A stretch of 48,477 nt of DNA from positions 1-48,477 of the forward strand of contig JBQTIM010000085.1 in NCBI GenBank assembly GCA_052388135.1, given 5' to 3'. Position numbers and translations under genes: made by a program. Positions 16,020-27,092 of the stretch are shown here, piece after piece (the stretch's first letter is position 1; every line of letters starts with the position of its first letter). A model generated the notes under the pieces. The model saw only the letters and a list, made by a program, of their open reading frames with translations. It made no database searches and had not been told where the DNA came from. This DNA is from Elusimicrobiota bacterium. Its GTDB lineage: Bacteria > Elusimicrobiota > Elusimicrobia > FEN-1173.

Positions 16020-16256
16020 CTATTTTTTCAGCCATGGGGTCATCTCCGCCGGAATGTCGCGCAGGCGGTAGGGTTCGGGGGCCCGCCCGAGCAGGTGGCT
16101 CAACACGAAATAGAGGACCGCCAGGGCGGCGTAGATGGACAGCAAGGTTTTGGCGTGCCAGCGCCAGTCGGGCTTCCAGAATTCAGCGGAAGCGCCGCCG
16201 GCCTGTTCTCCGGCGGAATCCGCGGCGGGGTGCTTGGCGCTTTTTTTGTCTTTCAT
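16020..16256 (-). CDS. small single-pass membrane protein, unknown function
   Basis: 78 aa, MKDKKSAKHP... with one TM helix (LLSIYAALAVLYFVLSHLL). The ATG lies 1 nt after the kdsA stop. Coding status is supported only by position and the hydrophobic helix. Confidence 0.45.
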   Translation of the reverse strand: MKDKKSAKHPAADSAGEQAGGASAEFWKPDWRWHAKTLLSIYAALAVLYFVLSHLLGRAPEPYRLRDIPAEMTPWLKK

Positions 16257-16257
16257 A

Positions 16258-19561
<3,304 letters not shown>

Positions 19562-19656
19562 TTACGCGAAAAGCGGAACGGGGGCCGGAGCGCCCGATGA
19601 TGGAACTGTTCCGCCGAAGAACCGGTCCGGAGTCTCCGCGCGCGAGGTTCCCCGCG

Positions 19657-20661
19657 TCATGCTTTTGCGCGGCTCCCGTGCCAATGCTCCATGGCCGCCT
19701 TGATCTCCTCGGGCCGCGCGGTGGCCGTGCCCAGCTTGGCCACCACCACGCCGGCCGCCAGGTTGGCGATGCGGGCCGCTTCCGCCGGGGGACAGCCCGC
19801 CGCCAGGGCCAGCGAAAGCACGGAGATGACGGTGTCGCCGGCGCCCGTCACGTCGAAAACCTCCAGGGCCTGGGCTGGGATGTGGGTGATTCGCCCCGAA
19901 TCCTCGTAAAGGCTCATTCCCCGCTCGCCCCGGGTGATGAGGACCGACCGGCAGGCCAGGCGCTTTAAAATGCGGCGGCCCAGGGCGTCCACCTCCGCGT
20001 CCGTCTTCGGGGGCAGGGCGCGCAAGCCTTCGGCGGCCTCTTTCAAATTGGGCGTGATGCAGTGGACGCCGCGGTAGCGCAGGAAGTGTTCGACCTTGGG
20101 GTCCACGGTGACGATCTTGCCGCGTTTCCGGGCCATGGCCAGAACCGATGAGAGAAGGCGCCGGTTCACGACGCCCTTGCCGTAGTCGGAGATGACCACG
20201 GCCTTGGCTCCGTCCAGCCGGCTCTCGACGCGCTCCAGGAGCCCGGAGATGACGGCGGGGCTTAAAGGATCCGCCTTCTCGTGGTCGAACCGGACCACCT
20301 GCTGGTGCCCGGCGATCACCCGCGTCTTGACGGTGGTGGGCCGGGCGCCGTCGGAGGCCACGCCGTCCACGTCCACGCCGCGGCCGCGCAGGGTTTCCAG
20401 GAGCCGGCCGCCGGCTTCGTCGGGGCCCGTCACGGAGACCAGCGAAGGGCGTCCGCCCAGGTCCGCGATGTTGCACGCCACGTTGCCCGCGCCGCCCGCC
20501 ATGAATTCCTCCTGGCGGACGTGCACCACGGGAACGGGCGCTTCCGGCGAAAGGCGGCTCACGGGCCCGCGGATGTAGCGGTCCACCATGAGGTCGCCCA
20601 CCACCAGGACGGGCATGCCGGCGAAAGCCTTCAGCCGGGCGTTGAGGCCTGGAAGTTTCAA
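19657..20661 (-). CDS. hldA: D-glycero-beta-D-manno-heptose-7-phosphate kinase (RfaE domain I, PfkB family)
   Basis: VLVVGDLMVDRYIRG..SRLSPEAPVPVV, GGAGNVA and DVTGAGDT. There is no fused adenylyltransferase domain. TTG start. Confidence 0.85.
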   Translation of the reverse strand: MKLPGLNARLKAFAGMPVLVVGDLMVDRYIRGPVSRLSPEAPVPVVHVRQEEFMAGGAGNVACNIADLGGRPSLVSVTGPDEAGGRLLETLRGRGVDVDGVASDGARPTTVKTRVIAGHQQVVRFDHEKADPLSPAVISGLLERVESRLDGAKAVVISDYGKGVVNRRLLSSVLAMARKRGKIVTVDPKVEHFLRYRGVHCITPNLKEAAEGLRALPPKTDAEVDALGRRILKRLACRSVLITRGERGMSLYEDSGRITHIPAQALEVFDVTGAGDTVISVLSLALAAGCPPAEAARIANLAAGVVVAKLGTATARPEEIKAAMEHWHGSRAKA

Positions 20662-20717
20662 CTTAACGGCGATGAGGGGCGCGGGCCTTGGGCGGCGAGC
20701 TCAAGGCGCAAAGCGAA

Positions 20718-21347
20718 TTAAGCCGCGGCCGATTGGTGCTGGAGCTGGCGGTAAACGTAGGCCAGGGCGACGAAGGTCGTGGGCACCGTGATGAAGAGGC
20801 CGACCACCAGCGCCAGGAGGCCCAGGACGTTGATGCCCAGGGCCGCCAGGCCGAAGAGGAACAGGCGCCAGCGGACGCCCTTGGTCAGGGCCCAGCTTTG
20901 TTTCAGGGCGTCCACGGGTCCCGCGTCTTTGTCCACGATGAGGTAGCTGTAATAGAAGAGTCCGATGGAGAGGATGATGCCGGGCACGATGAGGAGCAGG
21001 GTTCCCGCCAGCACGATAAGGCCGTAGAGAATGGAGCCGGCGACGTAGCGGAGGTAGAGCGGTCCGGCCGTGCCGGTCCAGAGCGCGGAGACAGCGGTTG
21101 GCCGCCCGTCGGCGAAGGCGAGGCCGATGCGCACGAGGCCGATTTCCAGGAACCATTGAACGAGGCGGAACACGATGGCCACGATGACGGCGAGCACGGT
21201 GCTTTGAACCCAGTTGTTGATGAGGCCGGGGATGAAGGCCGCGACCCAGACGATGAGCATGACGCCGATGAAAAATCCGAGATTGCCCTTGGTTGAATTC
21301 CAGCCGAAGGCGAGGGCTTCTTTTATGGAGAAAGTCTTTTCAGTCAT
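20718..21347 (-). CDS. polytopic inner-membrane protein, unknown function
   Basis: 209 aa with about 5-6 predicted TM helices, ATG start and AAGGA SD. I recognise no catalytic motif. Confidence 0.6.
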   Translation of the reverse strand: MTEKTFSIKEALAFGWNSTKGNLGFFIGVMLIVWVAAFIPGLINNWVQSTVLAVIVAIVFRLVQWFLEIGLVRIGLAFADGRPTAVSALWTGTAGPLYLRYVAGSILYGLIVLAGTLLLIVPGIILSIGLFYYSYLIVDKDAGPVDALKQSWALTKGVRWRLFLFGLAALGINVLGLLALVVGLFITVPTTFVALAYVYRQLQHQSAAA

Positions 21348-21417
21348 AAGGGTTTTCCTTTCAGATGTCGATTCAGCCGCGAAATCTTCCGGTCGTCCGG
21401 ACGGACTCCATCATACA

Positions 21418-22293
21418 TTATTTTTGGGGATTTACGTCCTCGGCGGGGTCCTCTTCCCGTTCTTCCTCATCGGGTTCAGAAGATTCCACTTCGGGCATGC
21501 TTTCCCCCTCGGGAGAGCCTCCTTCGATGTATTTTTTCATCTCCGCGTCGAACGCCCCCACCATGACGCGCGACCGCATGAGCACGGGAATTTTCCGGTG
21601 GTCGTCGGTGAGCCAGACCTCCAGCTTTCCCTCCTGCTGGAAGATGCCCTCTCCGGCCAGGATGGGCTCGATGTGCAGGCAGTCGAACTTGCCGGCCGGC
21701 ACGCGGACTTTTTTCTTCCGCTTCACGTGGACCTTGAGAGGCCAGGTCTTGCCGCCGGAGTTGACGTCCAGGGTGTAATCTTTCCCCACTTCCAGGGGCT
21801 GGGTGCGGATGTAATACAGGCTGGAAAGGACATCCTGCACGAAAGCGGGAATGCCTCCTTCCTCCGTGTATTCCTTGCCCTTCCTTTTCTTCCAATAGAC
21901 GAAGCGGCCGGCGGGGTGGTCGTAGTCGGTCCGCGTTTGGCGGCGGTGGAAGCCCTCTCTCAAGTTCTGATGGAAACGCAGGGAGCAGAGGCTCTCCACG
22001 TCCATCCAGGATTCGTTGCGGTCGCGGACCTTGAAAAAGATGTCGGTGCCCTTGTTGGTTTTCGCGCGGGAGACGATGTGGTAGGCGGGCCGGCCGTTGA
22101 CGGTTTCCACGGCGGGCACCTCCAGGGTGGCGAAGCCCGACGGCACGAAGCCGTATTTGATGACGTAGAGGATTTTTTCGCCGGGCTGGAAAGCCTCGTT
22201 GGCCGCGGGCTGGCGCCAGACGAATTCCTGGGCGGAAGCGGGCGGAGCCGACGCCAGCAGCGCGAGGACCGGCAGGAGGCGGAGAGGCCTCAC
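21418..22293 (-). CDS. DUF3108 domain protein (secreted)
   Basis: Signal peptide (V)RPLRLLPVLALLASAPPASAQE. DUF3108-like body (GEKILYVIKYGFVPSGFATLEV..., KVWLTDDHRKIPVLMRSRV) and an acidic C-terminal tail. GTG start 22291-22293 overlaps the upstream stop (GTGA). The 396-aa ORF extension runs through the upstream gene in another frame. Confidence 0.7.
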   Translation of the reverse strand: MRPLRLLPVLALLASAPPASAQEFVWRQPAANEAFQPGEKILYVIKYGFVPSGFATLEVPAVETVNGRPAYHIVSRAKTNKGTDIFFKVRDRNESWMDVESLCSLRFHQNLREGFHRRQTRTDYDHPAGRFVYWKKRKGKEYTEEGGIPAFVQDVLSSLYYIRTQPLEVGKDYTLDVNSGGKTWPLKVHVKRKKKVRVPAGKFDCLHIEPILAGEGIFQQEGKLEVWLTDDHRKIPVLMRSRVMVGAFDAEMKKYIEGGSPEGESMPEVESSEPDEEEREEDPAEDVNPQK

Positions 22294-22844
22294 GGAAGCT
22301 CCACGAAAGATTTCGCGGCCAGGAAGAGCGCGCCGAAAAGCCAGCCCAAGGCCGCGTTGTATTCGCGGTTCTTCCGGTAACGCGCCCAGAGGAAGCGGTC
22401 CCGGTCGGGCCGCGGCTTCGCGTTCAGGCGGGGCAGGAAGCGGGGGCGGACCTTGACGAAGGCCCGCCAGGCGTCGCCGAAATATTTTTCCAAGGAGCCT
22501 TCCTCTTCCCGCACCCGGCGCGGGTAAACCCAAAAGAAAAGGAGGAAGAACGTGGCCCATATAAGAAGATCGTGGGACAAGGCGCGGCCACCGGTGCCCG
22601 CCGCGCAAAAGCCCAGCGCCATGAGGAAGCTTCCGGCGTAAAGCGGATGCCGTATATAGAGGTAGGGACCGTCCTGGGCGAGCCGTTTACCTTTTTCTAG
22701 GTAACCGGCCGCCCGGGCCCTGAGAAGGAGGCCGGCCAAGGCCAGGGCCACCCCCGCCCACAGCCGCGACCAGGAGGCGGGGTGGGAGAAGACGGCGAAA
22801 AGAACCGCCGCGGCGAACCCAAGGAAAACCCGGCGCCGGCCCAT
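22290..22844 (-). CDS. isoprenylcysteine carboxyl methyltransferase (ICMT)/phospholipid methyltransferase family membrane protein
   Basis: GPYLYIRHPLYAGSFLMALG, a C-terminal EE..L...FG..Y pattern, and multiple TM helices. Confidence 0.75.
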   Translation of the reverse strand: MGRRRVFLGFAAAVLFAVFSHPASWSRLWAGVALALAGLLLRARAAGYLEKGKRLAQDGPYLYIRHPLYAGSFLMALGFCAAGTGGRALSHDLLIWATFFLLFFWVYPRRVREEEGSLEKYFGDAWRAFVKVRPRFLPRLNAKPRPDRDRFLWARYRKNREYNAALGWLFGALFLAAKSFVELP

Positions 22845-22971
22845 TAGGAGCGGACCGGGGATCGCAAGCGAGAAGACGGAGGCGGGGCCGCGTGGCCCGT
22901 TTCCCCCGCTCCGGCGGAAAAACGGTTGGATAAAAATTCGGCGATCGAGAGGCGAGTCAAAGGCGATCCTT

Positions 22972-25173
22972 TCAGCGGCTTTTGTTAACTCCGACGGCTT
23001 CCGCCGCGCCGTCTTTGAGCGTGAAGCTCTCCAGCTTGACGCGGAAGGGCAGATCTTTGGAAGGCTCCAGCGAGAACGTCTTCTTGGCGAAGGGGCCCGC
23101 CAGCGACACGGGCAGCGAAACGGCCCCGAGCTTCACAGAGTCTGCGCGCAGGGTGATCCGCTTGCCGTCGGGCGAGAGCTCCGCCGAAGCGCGGAGGAGC
23201 AAACGCAGGCCTTTGACGCGGCCGTCCACGCGGACGCCGCCGTCCAGCGTCACGTCGGGATCCTCCAGCCAGCGGGCCTTGAGGCGCAGGTAGTCCTCGA
23301 GGCTTTCTTCCGTCAGGCGCAGGGACGGCCGCAGTTCCTCAAGCTCGAGGAACCGGACGTCTCCTTCCCGGCGCAGGAGCGGAAGGTTGATGCGGGCGTT
23401 GAGGCCTTCCAAGCGCACGTCTTTCAAAGACAATCCGCGGTAATCCAATTCCTCACATTCTATAACAATTTTTTTGAACAGGCCTTTGCGCGCCTCGGAA
23501 AGGTCGTCGGCCGGAACGGCTTTCAGCCGCAGACCCTTGGCCTCGAAGCGGGGCAGAGGGAAGCGCTCCAGGCGGAGTTCCACCTCGCCCAGGCCGCCGG
23601 GCAGGAGCGTTTCCCTCGGGGCCTGCGCCCAGAGGACGGCGGAGGATCCGTCGGGCAGGGCCCACTTCGCGCGGGGCGCGAAGCTCGCCTCCAGCCAATC
23701 GGGCGGCCGCTCCAGCAAAGCGGCCGCTTCCTTGACATAGCCCAACGTGTAATCCGGTCCCAGGTCGCCTGTCTTCTGCAAAATGAAATCCGCGAATTCG
23801 CCCAGGCGCCGCTTGGGGCTGGAAACGATGAGGCCGTCCCATCCCTGCAGGCGGGCCGAAAGCCGCAAAACCCAGGCGTGCAGGGAGGGGTGGTTGCTCG
23901 CCAGGCTCACCCGCGCTTTTCCTCCGCCGGCCCGCCCGCGGATTTCGCGAACGATCTCTTCCACCTGCCAGGCGTCCGGAGAGGCGAAATCGGCCTGCAA
24001 ACCCTCGGAGGACTTCAAGCCCGCGCGTTCCGCCAAGGCGCGAGCGGCGGGCGGCCAGCGGTCCGCGGCCCCGTAGCCCGCGCCGAGTAGAATCGCCCAG
24101 CCGGCGAGAAGCAGCCACCACGCTTTCCGCAGGGGGCGCCATGCCCAGGACGCGGCCAAAGAGCAGAGCAGGGCGGCCGCCGGAAGGACGGGCATCACGT
24201 AGCGGAGGTCCTTGTTGCGCACGGCGCTGAAGGCCAGGACGGGAAGAAGAAACCAGGCCAGCAGGCGCCAGCGCCTTTGAAGGACGGCCGCTCCCGCGCC
24301 GGCGGCGCAGGCGGCGGCGAAGGGCCAGAGGAGCTGTTTGCCCGCCATCCCGCGCATGTACCAAGTCCAGCCCGCCCACGTCCAAACGTTGGGGTCCGGG
24401 GCCTCTTTCAAGGAGGCGAGCTTCGAGACGCGCAGGAACGAAGGGACCACGTTCATGAGATACCAGGGCCCCGCCACCGCGGCGAAGGCCGCTAGAAAAA
24501 GCAGGATCGATCCTCCTCGGCGCGCGCGCAGGCCGGTGAACACGCTCCAGACCAGAGGCGCGCCGACGTAAACGGAGAAGCTCCACTTCGTCATCATGCC
24601 CAGTCCGCAGATTACGCCCAGGGCCAAGCTCCAGAACGGCTGGCGGAAATCCTCGGCCCAATACAGGAGCAAATACGCGGCGGCCACCCAGGCGGCCAGC
24701 GGCAGGTCGATCATGGGCCTGCGAAGCAGCCATTGGACGGCGGGAAAGAAGGAAGCCATCACCGCCGCGGCGAGGCCCGCTTCCGGCGAATGAAGCCGGC
24801 TCCCCAATAGAAAAACCGCGGCGACGAGGAGGGCGAGATAGGCCAGATTCACCGCCGCCGCGCGTTCCGCCGCGGAGGCGGCGTCCGGCGCGGAGCCTAC
24901 GAAGGGCGCCAGGGTCAGGTGATAGAGAGGCGGGTAATTGGAATAGACGGGCCGCAGGGGGCGGGTCCAGTCTCCGGCGGCGACGGCGTCCCGGTATTCC
25001 AGGGCGATGAGCAGATGGTGCGACTCGTCCCAGGCCGGCGGCCGGGCGTCCCGCTTCATCCATTGAACTTGAAGGAATATCTGAAGAGCCATCAGCGTCG
25101 CCAGCGCGGCGAAATGCTTCAAGCCCGGATGGTCGGGCAGGTCCGGATGGTGGCCGTAGGCGGGGCTCTTCAT
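22972..25173 (-). CDS. GT39/ArnT-PMT-like polytopic glycosyltransferase fused to a C-terminal DUF2993 (LmeA-like) domain
   Basis: N-terminal first-loop motif PPAWDESHH followed by about 10 or more TM helices (the GT-C pattern). The C-terminal 230 aa or so (LRLERFPL...VTLDGGVRVDGRVKGLRLLLRASAEL...VSLPVSLAGPF...LPFRVKLESFTLKDG) matches the DUF2993 beta-rich pattern. ATG 25171-25173 overlaps the gmhB stop (ATGA). Confidence 0.65.
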   Translation of the reverse strand: MKSPAYGHHPDLPDHPGLKHFAALATLMALQIFLQVQWMKRDARPPAWDESHHLLIALEYRDAVAAGDWTRPLRPVYSNYPPLYHLTLAPFVGSAPDAASAAERAAAVNLAYLALLVAAVFLLGSRLHSPEAGLAAAVMASFFPAVQWLLRRPMIDLPLAAWVAAAYLLLYWAEDFRQPFWSLALGVICGLGMMTKWSFSVYVGAPLVWSVFTGLRARRGGSILLFLAAFAAVAGPWYLMNVVPSFLRVSKLASLKEAPDPNVWTWAGWTWYMRGMAGKQLLWPFAAACAAGAGAAVLQRRWRLLAWFLLPVLAFSAVRNKDLRYVMPVLPAAALLCSLAASWAWRPLRKAWWLLLAGWAILLGAGYGAADRWPPAARALAERAGLKSSEGLQADFASPDAWQVEEIVREIRGRAGGGKARVSLASNHPSLHAWVLRLSARLQGWDGLIVSSPKRRLGEFADFILQKTGDLGPDYTLGYVKEAAALLERPPDWLEASFAPRAKWALPDGSSAVLWAQAPRETLLPGGLGEVELRLERFPLPRFEAKGLRLKAVPADDLSEARKGLFKKIVIECEELDYRGLSLKDVRLEGLNARINLPLLRREGDVRFLELEELRPSLRLTEESLEDYLRLKARWLEDPDVTLDGGVRVDGRVKGLRLLLRASAELSPDGKRITLRADSVKLGAVSLPVSLAGPFAKKTFSLEPSKDLPFRVKLESFTLKDGAAEAVGVNKSR

Positions 25174-25718
25174 TTTTTCGAATCCTTCAGAATCCAGCGC
25201 GCCGCGCCCAGCAGGTCCTTGGCGGCGTGGTCGGCTTGTCCGGCGGCCGCGCGGCGCCCCTGGCCCGTGCGCACCAGCGCGGAGGCCGCCCCCACGCGGC
25301 GGGCCAGGCCGATATCCCGGGGGGTGTCGCCGACGACGTAAGAGCGCGTCAAATCCAGCCGCAGTTTTCGCGCGGCGGCGCGGGCGAGGCCGGGCGCCGG
25401 CTTGCGGCACGCGCAGCCATCGGTGGGCGCGTGGGGGCAAATGAAAATTCCGTCCAGGCGGACGCCGCGGGCCCGGAGCAGAGATTGGAGGCGGCGGTTG
25501 ACGAGGGCCGCCGCCTTGACGGAAAAGAACCCGCGGCCGATGCCGGACTGGTTGCTCACCACCGCCAGCTTGAACCCCGCCGCGCGAAGCAGGCGCAGGG
25601 CTTCCGGCGCGCGCTTGTAGAGGCGCACCTGGTCCGGCCGCCGGATGTATCCCCAATCGCGGATCAGGGTTCCGTCGCGGTCCAGCAGGACGGCGGGCCG
25701 GCGCTGCTTAGAAGTCAT
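25170..25718 (-). CDS. gmhB: D-glycero-D-manno-heptose 1,7-bisphosphate phosphatase
   Basis: LLDRDGTLI, VVSNQSGIGRG, zinc-finger-like CPHAPTDGCACRKP, and VGDTPRD. Confidence 0.88.
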   Translation of the reverse strand: MTSKQRRPAVLLDRDGTLIRDWGYIRRPDQVRLYKRAPEALRLLRAAGFKLAVVSNQSGIGRGFFSVKAAALVNRRLQSLLRARGVRLDGIFICPHAPTDGCACRKPAPGLARAAARKLRLDLTRSYVVGDTPRDIGLARRVGAASALVRTGQGRRAAAGQADHAAKDLLGAARWILKDSKK

Positions 25719-25871
25719 CCGAAACCTCTCGTCGGAAGCGATTCCGATTTTTCCGGCCTGCGGCTTCGTTGCTCGTCGGTTACAGGCCGCAGAGGGCCTG
25801 CGCTCTTCTCGCGCCTCGCCTCGGCGCGGAAAAATCGGCCGCCGACTTGACGATAGGTTTCCGGATGGCTT
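25719..25871. repeat. structured intergenic element sharing a 21-mer with the 38216-38480 element
   Basis: 11-bp perfect inverted pair CGATTTTTCCG (25744-54) / CGGAAAAATCG (25827-37). CTTCGTTGCTCGTCGGTTACA (25764-25784) is identical to 38375-38395. Confidence 0.75.
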
Positions 25872-27092
25872 CTAGGATTTTTCATTCGCGTCGGCGGCGC
25901 TCCGGGCGGTCAGGGCGCAGCCCGTTAGAAAGTAAAACGTCATCATCACCTCGGAATCGTGGGTCCAGGATTCCGTCGCGCCGGCAACCAGGAGACCCAG
26001 GAACCCGAAAAACAGGCCGGGCGCCGGGCCGGCGTTTTCGGCTCTCCACAGGGTCCTGCCCAGCAGGAAAAAGAAAGCGAAGAAAGCCGCGGCGCCCGGG
26101 ACCCCGCGCTCCAAAACCATCTGCAGATAAATGCTGTGGCACTCCGTCCACACGCGTTCCGGCTCGGGCCCGCGCCCGGCCACCAGCCTCACGCGGCCGA
26201 TGCCCGTTCCCAGAAAAGGACGTTGTTTTATCTGCTCCCAGGAATCGCGCCAGAGGCCCAGCCGCGTGCTTCCCGCTCCGTCGGTCTGGAAATGATAGAT
26301 GCTCTCCGCCCGCCCGCGCAAGTCCGGACGGGACAGGATCGCCAAGCCCGCCAGCAAAACCAAAGCCCCCAGCAGGGCGAACATCCGCTTTTTGCGGCGA
26401 CTCACGCCCCAAATCAACAGCAGGATGGGAAGGGCCAGCCAGACGCCCCGGCTCTCGCTGGCTAGAATGCCTCCCAGTATCACCACGCCGCCGGCGGCGA
26501 AAAGCGCGGCGCGCCGGTCCGGGAAGCGGAAAGCGCCTGCGACGCAGAGGGTCCAGGCCGGCAGAAGCATTTCGGCGTAAGTCAGGGGATGGTTGAAAAA
26601 TCCCACGGCGCGGCCGTCGCGCTGGGACAAAACGTCCAGCGCCGCCGCCGGCAGCCGGGACGCCCAGGCCGGCGCGAACAACTCGCCCGTGGAGGGCGCG
26701 CGATTCACGCCCAAGGTTTGCTGGAGGAGGCCCCACAAGCCGGCGAAAACAGCGGCCGATAAAAAAAATCCCAAATTGCGGCGGGCGTCGTCCCGCGTTT
26801 GGAACTGCCGCGCCAGGAGGAGGATGAGGACCAGGGATTCTCCGGACAGCTTGCGAAGGCTGTAAGCGGGATCGGCGGAAGCCAGGGAAGACGCGGCGGA
26901 AAGAACAAAGTAAACGAGCCAGGTTTTCTCCAGCGCCGTCCAGGGCAGTCGCCGCAGGGCCGGCTCCCGCCGGGCCGTCGCCAGACAGGCCAGGCCCGCC
27001 AGACCCCAGGCAATGTTGGACGCCGCGATGGATAAGGGAAGGCAGAGCCCCAACAGGCCGAAAGCCGCCCGGCGGGCTGTTGAAAGGGTCAA
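25872..27092 (-). CDS. O-antigen ligase (WaaL/Wzy_C) family membrane protein
   Basis: About 10 or more TM helices and a periplasmic loop with a Wzy_C-like pattern (SESRGVWLALP...). Lies in the LPS core cluster. Start proposed at TTG 27090-27092, overlapping the upstream stop (TTGA). The ORF-track start 27314 lies inside the upstream GT4 gene. Confidence 0.65.
   Translation of the reverse strand: MTLSTARRAAFGLLGLCLPLSIAASNIAWGLAGLACLATARREPALRRLPWTALEKTWLVYFVLSAASSLASADPAYSLRKLSGESLVLILLLARQFQTRDDARRNLGFFLSAAVFAGLWGLLQQTLGVNRAPSTGELFAPAWASRLPAAALDVLSQRDGRAVGFFNHPLTYAEMLLPAWTLCVAGAFRFPDRRAALFAAGGVVILGGILASESRGVWLALPILLLIWGVSRRKKRMFALLGALVLLAGLAILSRPDLRGRAESIYHFQTDGAGSTRLGLWRDSWEQIKQRPFLGTGIGRVRLVAGRGPEPERVWTECHSIYLQMVLERGVPGAAAFFAFFFLLGRTLWRAENAGPAPGLFFGFLGLLVAGATESWTHDSEVMMTFYFLTGCALTARSAADANEKS

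Noticed and set aside
23453-26736. Alternative-frame ORFs inside the GT39 and WaaL-like genes: 23453..25063 (-), 25769..26596 (+) and 25882..26736 (-).
   Set aside because: These are low-complexity RP-rich translations with no TM helices or motifs. The frames chosen instead encode coherent polytopic membrane proteins.
25872-27092. The WaaL-like membrane protein as the missing exosortase for the PEP-CTERM protein.
   Set aside because: The topology and loop pattern look like the O-antigen ligase/Wzy_C family in an LPS core context. I see none of the conserved exosortase Cys/Arg/His active-site arrangement, so there is no support for this.
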